Below, one piece after another: positions 53,912-63,547 of a stretch of 64,000 nucleotides of DNA. A program made the position numbers and the translations under genes. The first letter of the stretch is position 1. Each line of letters opens with the position of its first letter. A model generated the notes under the pieces. It was not told the DNA's origin and searched no databases. It was given only the letters and a program-made list of their open reading frames with translations. The stretch is taken from positions 96,001-160,000 of IMG/VR virus record IMGVR_UViG_3300042013_000045. The stretch is one strand, 5' to 3'. The DNA comes from a virus.

Positions 53912-56473
53912 TTACGAAGCGGCGTATTCTTGAGTTTTCCAGACACCCGGTTCCGGACGCAGTACCACTGCACCTGTGACCACGTTGACCATTGCGAACG
54001 TCCAATAGGACGGTGTGTTAGCCGGTACGTTGGTGTTGGAGACCTTGAGGGCGTAAAAACGACTCTCAGTAAGGGTGATGTTGTTCTGACCTTGACCTCC
54101 CTGCGTGATCACTTTGCCGCCGTCGATATAGAAATCGAAGAGGTCATCCGCCTGACTGTAGACACGATACGTGCCAGCTGGTAGGTAGACGTTAGCGTAG
54201 TAATCTAGCTTGAAGTTCCCAGGTACCGACTCAGTCCCGTAAACAGGGGAGTAAGCTAGGTAACCGAAATCAATGATGTCACCTGTGACTGGGTTCAAGG
54301 GTTGCCAGAATGCGAACGATCCACTAGCAGCCCATGGGCGTGCGGAGAGGTTGTAGACCTTAGTGGCTGCGTTAGGCAGTACCAAAGAGGCTACGCCTTC
54401 GTTGTTGAAGTAGTCGCCCATCAGCTTCAGGTTGATTGGCATCGACTGTACGTGTTTGATACCGAGGTGTGGTGCAGTAGACCCAATGTCCTCAACCATC
54501 TTCTTGACACGCTTGACGTCAGTCAACGTAGGGAACGAAGCACGCAACGTCCGCATGATCTCAGACAGATCGCGTTTACCCTTGATGGCTGGCTGGAAGC
54601 GTTTGATGGTAATCGCACTGGTCATGACAACTGGTGTGGTCAGTCCTACGCTAAACTGGTCATTGTTCTGAACCTTCACAGGTCCAGAGCCAGCACCATC
54701 CCACGTCTGTACAGTGCCACCTGCTTGGGTATACGTGAAGGTCCCGACGCGCGTACCGTTCTTATAAACGAGCCCCGCGGCGTTTGCAGCCAGCGTACCC
54801 GAGATCGCGGTTTGGATAAGAGACTGGTTCTTCACTCCTACGTCCAGCACTTGGCCGTTGTCCTTGGTTTGAGTTCCATCGGAGAACGTAACCTTAAACG
54901 AAACGACGTTGTACTCGATCTTGTAGGGAATGACCTCTCCGGTGTTCAGCACAGCTGCCACACGGATGATAGTCTTACCTAACGGGATGTTAAAGGGTTG
55001 AACTTGGCCGGGGAGGATCGAGGTGAATGACGCCAGTTGCACACGGCTTTCAGAACCACCTGCGTCGATGGATTCGTCGTTCGTCATACCTGCGTATAAC
55101 GGATGATCCCCGTAAGTAGAACGCAAGAATCCAACGTTGACTGGAGTCCGGTCATAGTTCCCGCTGAAATACGCACCAAACTGAGTGATGAGTTTGTTCG
55201 CGGTCCAGAAGAACGCAGCACCGAGGCTAGTGGTGTTGGCTTGACTGATATTGCTGAGGACAGGGCCATGGTCGGTGATAACGATCAGTCCGTTGCCAGC
55301 TTCACGAAACGCCACCAAGTTAGCTACGCATGCATCTGTCATGTATGACGCTGTACCGCCGGCGGACGACATCAACAACACGCACGCATACTGAGTGAGT
55401 TCAGCTGCCGAACAATCAAGTGATCCGCCTGGATAGTCACCAACGTCCCTGAATGTTGGTGAGAACCCAGCAGCTGCACAGAGCCTGGTGAGGCTGGTGA
55501 AGAACCCGTACAGACTGGTTCCTTTAATGGGGTAACTCGCCGTAGAGATAGAATCCCCCAAGATGAGGATCTTCCGACTTCCAGCAGTTACCTTTTTCGG
55601 GTTTGCTGTCCACAGGATCGCGTTGTACAGGTACTTGTAAGAACCAGTAAGTTGACTACGCGGGTCGTAAAGGGTTTTGACCAAGTTGGTGTAGCCAGAA
55701 GCACCAGCCTCAGTAGACGAGCTGTTGGGCAAGTCAATGACGTCTTTAAATAACGTGGCTTTAATATTGCCATTGCGATCCAGGACGTAGATATCACGGA
55801 ATCGAGTGGCAAAATCTCCAGCAACATCACCCTCATACGCCATCGACCATTTGATGAAGGTCTGCCCGGCACACGGCGTCAAGTCAAACTCACGGTGATA
55901 CCACTGGTTGACAGCCCGACCAGCCAAGTCTTGAGCAGGGTGAATACGGATACCGTTCTGATCGTTAATCAGAGGCAGTCCAGGAGCGCCCCAGTCACGA
56001 AGCGAGTACTGACCTGGGAACTGAGCAGGATCATTTGCGGTCACGGCATCCAGACCGACCTTAGCAGCATTGCTGTTCTGGAACATGTCAAAGACCAACT
56101 TGTCACCGGTAGCAACGGTCACGTTCTTGTTGGTAAAGGCATTGTAGTAGTAGAGGTTCTCAGTACCCACTTGACCAAGGCAAGTCGCTTTGAACTCCAT
56201 GGTGATCGAAGCATTGATACCGGCGACTGGAGCTACGGCGTTATAGAACTTAGGGAAGCCGCCATCGTACACCACGTTACCCGTGCCGTCTTGTGTCACA
56301 GCGATGAACGGGTTAGGTGGAACGAGTTGGTCGTACGCCACGTATTTGGAAATGGACGGAGGTGCTCCGTTGACGCTGAACTGCAAGCTCTGGACGTTGC
56401 CACTCAGGATCATGTGAGTAGTGAACGCCGAGAGGTAGTAGCCCTCAGCGACATCAAACGAAATATCAGCCAT
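53912..56473 (-). CDS. Large tail/virion-associated protein (multi-domain, C-terminal PA14-like region)
   Basis: 853 aa in fibre operon; YDGGFPKFYN, ITDHG, C-terminal ADD....IDG. Confidence 0.7.
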   Translation of the reverse strand: MADISFDVAEGYYLSAFTTHMILSGNVQSLQFSVNGAPPSISKYVAYDQLVPPNPFIAVTQDGTGNVVYDGGFPKFYNAVAPVAGINASITMEFKATCLGQVGTENLYYYNAFTNKNVTVATGDKLVFDMFQNSNAAKVGLDAVTANDPAQFPGQYSLRDWGAPGLPLINDQNGIRIHPAQDLAGRAVNQWYHREFDLTPCAGQTFIKWSMAYEGDVAGDFATRFRDIYVLDRNGNIKATLFKDVIDLPNSSSTEAGASGYTNLVKTLYDPRSQLTGSYKYLYNAILWTANPKKVTAGSRKILILGDSISTASYPIKGTSLYGFFTSLTRLCAAAGFSPTFRDVGDYPGGSLDCSAAELTQYACVLLMSSAGGTASYMTDACVANLVAFREAGNGLIVITDHGPVLSNISQANTTSLGAAFFWTANKLITQFGAYFSGNYDRTPVNVGFLRSTYGDHPLYAGMTNDESIDAGGSESRVQLASFTSILPGQVQPFNIPLGKTIIRVAAVLNTGEVIPYKIEYNVVSFKVTFSDGTQTKDNGQVLDVGVKNQSLIQTAISGTLAANAAGLVYKNGTRVGTFTYTQAGGTVQTWDGAGSGPVKVQNNDQFSVGLTTPVVMTSAITIKRFQPAIKGKRDLSEIMRTLRASFPTLTDVKRVKKMVEDIGSTAPHLGIKHVQSMPINLKLMGDYFNNEGVASLVLPNAATKVYNLSARPWAASGSFAFWQPLNPVTGDIIDFGYLAYSPVYGTESVPGNFKLDYYANVYLPAGTYRVYSQADDLFDFYIDGGKVITQGGQGQNNITLTESRFYALKVSNTNVPANTPSYWTFAMVNVVTGAVVLRPEPGVWKTQEYAAS

Positions 56474-56475
56474 GA

Positions 56476-57084
56476 TTAAGCCGCCAGTGGTTGGATGATC
56501 ACTTTGATGTAGATGTCGATCGGACCGCCAGACTGGTTGGCTACGATGACGTAACGGTTGTCTTTCAAACCGTAGGAAACAAATGCTTCAGCGTTAGCGT
56601 AAGCATTATAAAGAGGCGAGGCTGGGTTCGTGTCTTTCACACGGATACCGATCTCAGCAGTCTTGATGTCGTAGCTGGTGAAGTTTGCACCCATCAAGGT
56701 CTGCAAGTCGTATTGCCGTACTGCATCGACAGCGATCGTGACGGTTTCATTGACCGGCATGATGGTCTGTGGCTTGATCTGGATCAGTGCCACACTGATG
56801 ATACGCCCTTTGGCATCGACCGTGATCTCTGGAATAGACGTCGCTGAACCGTAGGTACCGGCAGCGGTGACGTTCTTTAAAGCCATTACGCCTCCGACGT
56901 TTGCTGAACCGTCAAAGTTCAACTGCCACGTCGCATCCCCAGTCATGGAGATGGTGCGCGAGGTAGTCAATTTAGCAGCAGCCACTGCCGGAGCGGTAGC
57001 GTCAAGCTTTGTATTAATACGGGCAAGAATGCGGGCAGAAAACGTACGGAGCGTCGCCAACATTTCAGGTAGATTGTTTAACAT
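56476..57084 (-). CDS. Tail fibre protein
   Basis: KL.TSRTI..TGDA.....FDGSAN, AGTYG....ITVDAKGRI motifs. Confidence 0.8.
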   Translation of the reverse strand: MLNNLPEMLATLRTFSARILARINTKLDATAPAVAAAKLTTSRTISMTGDATWQLNFDGSANVGGVMALKNVTAAGTYGSATSIPEITVDAKGRIISVALIQIKPQTIMPVNETVTIAVDAVRQYDLQTLMGANFTSYDIKTAEIGIRVKDTNPASPLYNAYANAEAFVSYGLKDNRYVIVANQSGGPIDIYIKVIIQPLAA

Positions 57085-57161
57085 GGTGTCGAGCCTCGTA
57101 GCCTAGTAAGGGTTGCCTATACGATTAGCCCAGATCACGTCACAAGCAAAAAAGAAACAAG

Positions 57162-57203
57162 CGGCATAGAGCCCCTCAGCCTTAGTGGCTGAGGGGCTCT
57201 ATG
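57162..57203 (-). terminator. Hairpin + TATGCCG terminator
   Basis: CATAGAGCCCCTCAGCC-ttagt-GGCTGAGGGGCTCTATG. Confidence 0.8.
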
Positions 57204-57206
57204 GGA

Positions 57207-57455
57207 TCACTTGATACCAAACATCTGTTTAATCGCAGCCCACCAGCCTTTGCCGGGGAGACTTGCAATCATTTCTTTCTCGTAGCAGTTATCACACTTA
57301 CCCGTGGCATGTGGATTACGTTTACGTGGTGGGAAGTTACGGATGTGTTCCTGGATGTTTTCACACAAGGTGAACTGATCGTGACGTTTGCTGATACCGC
57401 AAAACGCGCACATGAAATCAAACACCTTATCCCTTTTCTTCGACTTCTTTGGCAT
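57207..57455 (-). CDS. Small zinc-finger-like protein
   Basis: CAFC...CDNC. Confidence 0.55.
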   Translation of the reverse strand: MPKKSKKRDKVFDFMCAFCGISKRHDQFTLCENIQEHIRNFPPRKRNPHATGKCDNCYEKEMIASLPGKGWWAAIKQMFGIK

Positions 57456-58299
57456 GTCCGCTCGTTTCCTTGATAGCGTTGCGTAAATTGATGAGGGTGA
57501 GGAGCAGTTGCGTGTGACCGTCATAGTCAGCGGGCAGACTGTTCAGGAAGGGATCTGCTTTTGTAAGCGCTTCTTCCATAAGGAGATGAACATCGCACGG
57601 CTTCGTTGTCGGTACGATGCCTAGTGCCTGCCCGGTGTGACCTGTTACGATTACAGGACCTTGCCAGCGCAGATCATCAAACCAACTCATGTCGGTGTAG
57701 ACTTTGATGACCGGTAGATAGCTGTGGTCGTGGTAGACCAGTCGCAGTGGTCGTTCAATGGCATCCTGTTCAACGCCGTTGGACAACATCACAGCGTAAC
57801 ACAGGGACTTCACCCCATCGATCAGGGTGTAGCAGTCGTGGATCATGTCGTACCATTCAGGGGGTTGAGTGATACGTCGTTGATCGTGAATCTCGACCTG
57901 AAGACATTCCCCATTATCTTCATTGTTGTAGTACATCTTCCCGAATGGGGTTGTTTCAGCTTCGCCGATGCAGAACGAGTAACGACGAGCAATACCGTCG
58001 ACCATCACATAACCAGAACGTAACAGAGACTTGATGTGATTTTCAAGGGTCTGCTTTTCACGTTCGTTCTCGACCCGCTGTTCCTCGTTCAGTCGTTCAA
58101 ATTCCGCATCCCGTACCTGCATGCGCTCAAGGTCGGGGACGTATTCAGGGATATGAGGACCAGCGGAGGGGAACTCCTCGGGTAGATCCTCTATAGGTTC
58201 CCACTTCCCTTTTGGCGGGTTCATGCAGAACCACAAGAGACCAGCACAAACAAACCCACCTACGCACGCGGCTAAGACCATGTCCCATGCTGAAAACAT
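57427..58299 (-). CDS. Hypothetical membrane-anchored protein
   Basis: N-terminal TM helix, AAGGAG RBS. Confidence 0.7.
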   Translation of the reverse strand: MFSAWDMVLAACVGGFVCAGLLWFCMNPPKGKWEPIEDLPEEFPSAGPHIPEYVPDLERMQVRDAEFERLNEEQRVENEREKQTLENHIKSLLRSGYVMVDGIARRYSFCIGEAETTPFGKMYYNNEDNGECLQVEIHDQRRITQPPEWYDMIHDCYTLIDGVKSLCYAVMLSNGVEQDAIERPLRLVYHDHSYLPVIKVYTDMSWFDDLRWQGPVIVTGHTGQALGIVPTTKPCDVHLLMEEALTKADPFLNSLPADYDGHTQLLLTLINLRNAIKETSGHAKEVEEKG

Positions 58300-58313
58300 A
58301 TTCGTGTTGCTCC

Positions 58314-59057
58314 TTAATCCAGTTTCTCGAATTCTTCAGGGTAGTGAGACAACAGGTCTTCACTGGTAATGCCGTGAGCCTTGTCTCCCCACTTCCAACC
58401 TGTCTGATCACGTAGCGGGACGCAGTGATCATCGTCAGCCACGAGTGTGTCAGCAGTGAAGAAGCTATCCCGGAACGTCAGACCGCCAAGCTCCAACGTA
58501 CCTTCTTGTTGAATAGACCGAAGGCGCTTGGTATTGAAACCATCGACTGGTTTAGGGACAGGCCTGAACGGGTCTTTCTGTTCAGCAAATACCAGCAGAC
58601 CTTTATCTGTTTCCAAGGTCAGGTCTGTCAGCTTCACAGCAGGACGCTGATCGAGCTTATCGAACAGCAGGTTCTGCAACGCTTTCACATGCCGCATTGA
58701 AGGTGCAATGACCACGATGCGGTCAGCTACCAATAGTGCCAGCACCCGCGCTTGTGGGTCACGATCTGTATCTGTAAGCAGGCTCATTGGTTCATCCTTC
58801 TTTTTGAACAGGTTGGAAAAGTAACGGTTGTAAAAGTACACGGCCATCATGACACCAGTGCTTGCCCCTATTGCACCGATGGCTACATTCCAGTAGCCAC
58901 CCTTAGAGACCATAATCACTGCACTACCTTCAGCAAGGTAGATCATCCCGCCCACTATACCCATCATTGGGTACTGAGTAGCTGCAACGACCTTCTGCTG
59001 AAACCCTCGCAAGCCGACCATCGTAAAGACGGCTGCAAACATGAGAACCTTATCCAT
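58314..59057 (-). CDS. Membrane protein (three N-terminal TM helices) with soluble C-domain
   Basis: Hydrophobicity pattern. Confidence 0.65.
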   Translation of the reverse strand: MDKVLMFAAVFTMVGLRGFQQKVVAATQYPMMGIVGGMIYLAEGSAVIMVSKGGYWNVAIGAIGASTGVMMAVYFYNRYFSNLFKKKDEPMSLLTDTDRDPQARVLALLVADRIVVIAPSMRHVKALQNLLFDKLDQRPAVKLTDLTLETDKGLLVFAEQKDPFRPVPKPVDGFNTKRLRSIQQEGTLELGGLTFRDSFFTADTLVADDDHCVPLRDQTGWKWGDKAHGITSEDLLSHYPEEFEKLD

Positions 59058-59060
59058 TAA

Positions 59061-59420
59061 CTAAGCGTCCGTAGATGTGAAGTTAAGCGCATTCTTCCAA
59101 GCGACTATCTCTTCTCGCTTGTAGAGTTGTTTGTGCCCGACCTTCGCAGTGGGTTGAGGGAACGGTGGTTTACCACGAGGTACCTTTCCGGCGATGTACC
59201 GATGGATGCTCGTGTGTGCTACGCCCAGATACTTGGTGACTTGAGCACGGGTTAGGAAGTTGTATTCGTTGTAGCCAGGGAACGCCATCTCGGTTGAGTA
59301 GATCTTCAGGACTTCCCGCGCATCCACCAGAGCGTTCAACAGCTCACGTTGGCGCTCAATGTCCGCGTCGAGTAGCTGTATCGCTTTGGTTAGTGTTTCT
59401 TGATGCGTTGAATTATCCAT
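59061..59420 (-). CDS. AlpA/excisionase-like HTH protein
   Basis: LT..QV..YLGV...SI.RY.....FPQP......Y...EI..W. Confidence 0.75.
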   Translation of the reverse strand: MDNSTHQETLTKAIQLLDADIERQRELLNALVDAREVLKIYSTEMAFPGYNEYNFLTRAQVTKYLGVAHTSIHRYIAGKVPRGKPPFPQPTAKVGHKQLYKREEIVAWKNALNFTSTDA

Positions 59421-59830
59421 GCACGTACTCTCTGTAATAACGAGGGTTGGGGTTCCGAACCGTATTCCTTCTCCCATGACTCCATGGTAGCCTTGAGCAC
59501 AGTGCTCAGCTCATAAGGCCGATGCTCGCTTTCAATGGCGCGTATCGTGTCGGACTCTCCGGCTGTGAAGCGACACGAAGTACATTCTTCTTTCAGGATA
59601 GGTTCTTGTCCTTGGAAGAAGACACAGAAATTGCTTCGTGGTGATGGCTTTAAGCAGGTTGGACAAAGCTGGGTCTTGCATTCGATCTCACTTCCTTGCG
59701 GGTAACGACACATCTTGCAGACGAAATACCGACGCACGCCAATCCCGTGGCGGAACTGGAACTGCCGATCGTTCTGAAGGCGGTCACACTGAGTGCACAG
59801 ATAGACTTTCATGAGGATCTCCGAGAGCAT
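59390..59830 (-). CDS. Zinc-finger protein
   Basis: Four CxxC motifs. Confidence 0.6.
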   Translation of the reverse strand: MLSEILMKVYLCTQCDRLQNDRQFQFRHGIGVRRYFVCKMCRYPQGSEIECKTQLCPTCLKPSPRSNFCVFFQGQEPILKEECTSCRFTAGESDTIRAIESEHRPYELSTVLKATMESWEKEYGSEPQPSLLQRVRAWIIQRIKKH

Positions 59831-59867
59831 AGAAACGAGCCCCGAAGGACTCGTCTCCGATCATTGA

Positions 59868-60455
59868 TCAGTTCAACGCGACGACGATCATGTCTGGGTT
59901 GCCCAGATTGGCCAGAGCCACGTAGATATCACGGACTTTCGTGTTGTACGAGAAGTCATCAATGATCGCTCGATTGACGCCACGAAGTTTCTCAGGCTCT
60001 TTCTCGAGTATTGCAGTCAGGTCCATCAAGGTGAACACATTGGGTACAGTGGCCTTGTGGTATTCCTTCAGAAGCCCCTCTACTACTTCGTAGGGGTTCA
60101 CGCAGTCACTTGGAATGGTGATGGTGATAGAGTCTTTCATGTTCCGCAGACAGAAGCGACGGTTGATGTCTTGACGCATGTCCTTGTTGCAGGCGATCAC
60201 AATTGTACCGTCGGTAGCAAGCATGTTCACTGCCCAATCCGTCTTACCATTCTGACGACCGCCGCCCATGTGAATGGTGCGCAACTGACGCAACGCATCG
60301 GCTGGGTGGAGACGCAGTTCTGGACAGTGGGATATAGCGTAGCGGCTGGAGTCGTAAATACCCATCCAGTCCACAGAGGTACTGCGTTGTTGGTACGACT
60401 GCGCTGGTGGAAACAACTGTGAGCGACGCGGGTGATGCAGATCAGAGGTATTCAT
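59868..60455 (-). CDS. P-loop-like protein
   Basis: GRQNGKT Walker A-like and AIIDD Walker B-like. Confidence 0.55.
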   Translation of the reverse strand: MNTSDLHHPRRSQLFPPAQSYQQRSTSVDWMGIYDSSRYAISHCPELRLHPADALRQLRTIHMGGGRQNGKTDWAVNMLATDGTIVIACNKDMRQDINRRFCLRNMKDSITITIPSDCVNPYEVVEGLLKEYHKATVPNVFTLMDLTAILEKEPEKLRGVNRAIIDDFSYNTKVRDIYVALANLGNPDMIVVALN

Positions 60456-61579
60456 GCTTCAGGTCCTTGTATTGCAGGGCTAGGTTTGTTGCGATGGTTT
60501 ACGTGGTATTCCTTCATGACGCGACCAATGACACCTTTGTTGACGGTCACAGCAGGGAACCAACGTGGCTCACCTTTCACACGACGCCAGTGTCCCATGC
60601 GTTCGTGTTCACGAGGTGAAGCGTGAGTACCGCCTTGCCATGGCTTGCAGACTTTGGTGACGCCCATGACAACACGAACAATCCGATACTTACGGGTAGT
60701 GCCCGCAGCAGGGATCACTCGATTTGGATCACGGGCTTGTGTGCCAATGATCGTATTACCTACACTGAACTCAGCGATGAACCCAATGATCGCCATCAGA
60801 GTCCACTCAGCTACTGCTGGGTCTGTCTGGTAAACCATCTGGTTAATTTCCAGTATAGCGCCGTGGGAAAGATCCACATGACTCATCGCGCCGACTTCGA
60901 ACGGTGTGTCCTTGTCGGTGTGCAGGTATTCGGTCGAGAAGTCAAACCCGTGTGTGCCGCGCTGAGTCACCACAACCATGTGACGATTATCTTCCGGCCC
61001 CAGTTCGAACAGGATCTTCGGGTAAGGAAGACGCAAGTTGGTTGGCTTGTACTGCGGTTCGTTGACAAACGCAAACGGACCCACGTCAGCCATGATGAAC
61101 CGAGGTAGGTTGACCAACTCATCCAACGGAAACCCAGGGATAGGTGTTGGAGGTGGAGGTACGATATCACCTAGCGCGTTACCGTCGAAGTCCGCATTAC
61201 GCCCTATCATGAACGGGTTGATTGGACCCATGCCAGTAGGACTGTACTTCGGATCGGTCAACATCGCCTTGCGGTTGAAGTACTCAGTATCCTTCAGCTC
61301 AAGCAAAGCGTTGTGACGATACGCTCTGACGCGCTCAGCATCCGCTTGGTCTGGATTATCAGCATGAGGACTACCAGCGTAGGGGTTCATGTCGAACCCA
61401 CCGTACTGTGAGATCTCAGACTCACCGTACGAACGATTCGGCGTAGGACGCATGTTAGGGGCGATCTTTTCCAAGAGCGCATAGGTTTCAGCGCGCTGGT
61501 CTTCCGGGATGATGAGACCCGACAGACCGTGCATCAGGCTCAGTGCTTGTTGAGCAACACCAGTTTGATTCTCTGCCAT
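60452..61579 (-). CDS. Hypothetical protein with C-terminal SPREHERMGHWRR motif
   Basis: H.R.GH.R motif seen in many phage proteins; AAGGA RBS. Confidence 0.7.
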   Translation of the reverse strand: MAENQTGVAQQALSLMHGLSGLIIPEDQRAETYALLEKIAPNMRPTPNRSYGESEISQYGGFDMNPYAGSPHADNPDQADAERVRAYRHNALLELKDTEYFNRKAMLTDPKYSPTGMGPINPFMIGRNADFDGNALGDIVPPPPTPIPGFPLDELVNLPRFIMADVGPFAFVNEPQYKPTNLRLPYPKILFELGPEDNRHMVVVTQRGTHGFDFSTEYLHTDKDTPFEVGAMSHVDLSHGAILEINQMVYQTDPAVAEWTLMAIIGFIAEFSVGNTIIGTQARDPNRVIPAAGTTRKYRIVRVVMGVTKVCKPWQGGTHASPREHERMGHWRRVKGEPRWFPAVTVNKGVIGRVMKEYHVNHRNKPSPAIQGPEA

Positions 61580-61662
61580 GATTCGTTCCTTCAGGTCTAT
61601 TTAATGCAGGTCTAAACGGACGCCTTAGAGACGTCCATATAAAGGACAAGGGTTTATTTTAT

Positions 61663-62127
61663 TTACTTCACGGGTTTGAACGAGCCACGTCGAGAGTCAG
61701 CCAAGTCGTTGACCATGGGGGTCAAGTCCACATTGAACTGATACCCTACCGTTCCTTCTGCACCGAGGAATGTATCGACGTCTTCGGGGGTCAGGGTGTA
61801 GTCGAATCGTTGATTGATCCAGTCCACAATTTTTGATAGCTTCGCCATCTGGTCCAAATAGACAGCGTCGCCTTCTTTGGTACCTTCAGGAATGGCGCGG
61901 TAGATCACTACTGTTAGGTAGGGTACGGAGACCTCCTCTTCCAGCAGACGAAACAACATGCCATGGATCGGGAAATCGAAACCGAAGTTCAGATCCCACA
62001 TGTGCGGAATGCCCTTGACATCAGGTTTTCCTGCTATCTCAGGAATCCACCCGAGGTAGTTCAGGATGTCTTCGCTGTCATTAGCGACTTCTTTCTCGAA
62101 GTCAATGATGATGAAGGTGATAGCCAT
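61663..62127 (-). CDS. Acidic hypothetical protein
   Basis: AGGA RBS. Confidence 0.6.
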   Translation of the reverse strand: MAITFIIIDFEKEVANDSEDILNYLGWIPEIAGKPDVKGIPHMWDLNFGFDFPIHGMLFRLLEEEVSVPYLTVVIYRAIPEGTKEGDAVYLDQMAKLSKIVDWINQRFDYTLTPEDVDTFLGAEGTVGYQFNVDLTPMVNDLADSRRGSFKPVK

Positions 62128-62143
62128 GGTTAGTGGTTCCTGG

Positions 62144-62329
62144 TTAATTGATCCAGCCGAGTCCCGTTGCTGCCACACACGCCAAGCTGACGAACAGCAC
62201 GGGGGTCATGGTGTTCCAGAACGCACGGATGCGTTTGTTTGACACGCCGATCATGGCAAAGGCCAGTACAGCGTAGATAACGGCAAAGAAGAAGATCACG
62301 CCGTAGAATACTTCGTCCCACATGTTCAT
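62144..62329 (-). CDS. Small two-TM membrane protein
   Basis: Hydrophobicity, ATGA overlap. Confidence 0.55.
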   Translation of the reverse strand: MNMWDEVFYGVIFFFAVIYAVLAFAMIGVSNKRIRAFWNTMTPVLFVSLACVAATGLGWIN

Positions 62330-62691
62330 GTTGGATCATCCCTCATGATTTGACGTTCAGCGGCTGTGAAGCCGTTAGCGTCTTTTGGATAGGTTTCTGG
62401 GTTCTTGTCACACACAACTTTAGCAGAAGGTACGGTGCCGAAGTGTTCCCGTGCTTTGTCCACTTCATAGAAGCGCTCGCCGCAATGGAAGCACGCCCAG
62501 CCGTACACTGGGATGGTCACATAAGACTGACGCTCCAGCGCGGCTTTATGTTCTTCCAACAACACGTCACGCCGAGCGGTCAGAGAACGCATCTTCTCTT
62601 GGCGCATGTGGACGAAGGTGTAATTGGTATCGTCGATCTCTTTGGCGATACCATCCAAGTCACTTGCGATGTCTTCCCCACTGCGATTCAT
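62326..62691 (-). CDS. Hypothetical protein with CFHC...HF zinc-finger-like motif
   Basis: WACFHCGERF....A.EHFG. Confidence 0.6.
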   Translation of the reverse strand: MNRSGEDIASDLDGIAKEIDDTNYTFVHMRQEKMRSLTARRDVLLEEHKAALERQSYVTIPVYGWACFHCGERFYEVDKAREHFGTVPSAKVVCDKNPETYPKDANGFTAAERQIMRDDPT

Positions 62692-62915
62692 GAGTTCCCC
62701 TTAGGAATGCGGATTACCAGTTCCATGTACTCGTCACTGGCGTTGTTAGCGAAGATCTTCGCACCGTCGTACTCGGCCATACGCCAGGTGGCGTCGACAA
62801 AGTCGCTAGGCGTATGCTCGCTCGGATGAAACCCACACTGTTCGGTCACAGCGTTATCAAGGGCATCGTATTCAACCAAAGGCACCGTTCCGGATGGAGC
62901 GTCAGTGATACTCAT
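62688..62915 (-). CDS. Hypothetical protein
   Basis: AAGGA RBS. Confidence 0.55.
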   Translation of the reverse strand: MSITDAPSGTVPLVEYDALDNAVTEQCGFHPSEHTPSDFVDATWRMAEYDGAKIFANNASDEYMELVIRIPKGNS

Positions 62916-62990
62916 GGTGGTTTCCTTAATAAAGTACAGCGGATAAAGAGAATAAAACCACACCCCGCGAACGAGGTGTGGGTCCAACGG

Positions 62991-63236
62991 TTAATCTACC
63001 AGTGCAGCACGACGTTCAGCGAAGGTTACATCCCCAAAGACGCGACGAGGATTACAGCACAAGTAACAGCGAGCCTGACCACAGTTGAGAGCCTTATGTT
63101 TTACCATACGCCCCAACTGCTTAGCGGACAAGGTCTCGGTCTTGTCATTGTGGTAGTAAAAGATCCGTGATTGTTTCTTGACGGACTTGCGGTTACGTTG
63201 GCGACGTTCTGCACGGGCAAACTTGTTATACGACAT
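62991..63236 (-). CDS. Small basic Cys-motif protein
   Basis: CG..RC.LCCNPRR. Confidence 0.6.
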   Translation of the reverse strand: MSYNKFARAERRQRNRKSVKKQSRIFYYHNDKTETLSAKQLGRMVKHKALNCGQARCYLCCNPRRVFGDVTFAERRAALVD

Positions 63237-63280
63237 CTTGACTTCTCCACGCGGAGTAGCCCTCACCGGAATGATGAGGG

Positions 63281-63547
63281 CTATCGCATGTAGAGGCCAC
63301 CTTTGCTGCTCAGACCAAGATCAGCTTTGGTCAGGGCGTAAGGGTTGGAGTGAGGTCGCGGATCAGCAAGAACCACGCACTCTTCCTCCATCTGACATTC
63401 AAGGGGGAGTCCCTCTTCAACCAGTTGTGTAACAGGTATATTAACCGCAGGGATCGGTGGTATCTGCGAAGCAGGTAACTGTGACGTCACTGCTGCCGCC
63501 GCGGCGCCAATACCCAGCAGCTTCATGAACCTACGTCGCTGCATCAC
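63281..63547 (-). CDS. Small protein with twin-arginine (Tat)-like signal
   Basis: MQRRRFMKLLGIGAAAAAV; AAGGAGG RBS. Confidence 0.6.
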   Translation of the reverse strand: MMQRRRFMKLLGIGAAAAAVTSQLPASQIPPIPAVNIPVTQLVEEGLPLECQMEEECVVLADPRPHSNPYALTKADLGLSSKGGLYMR

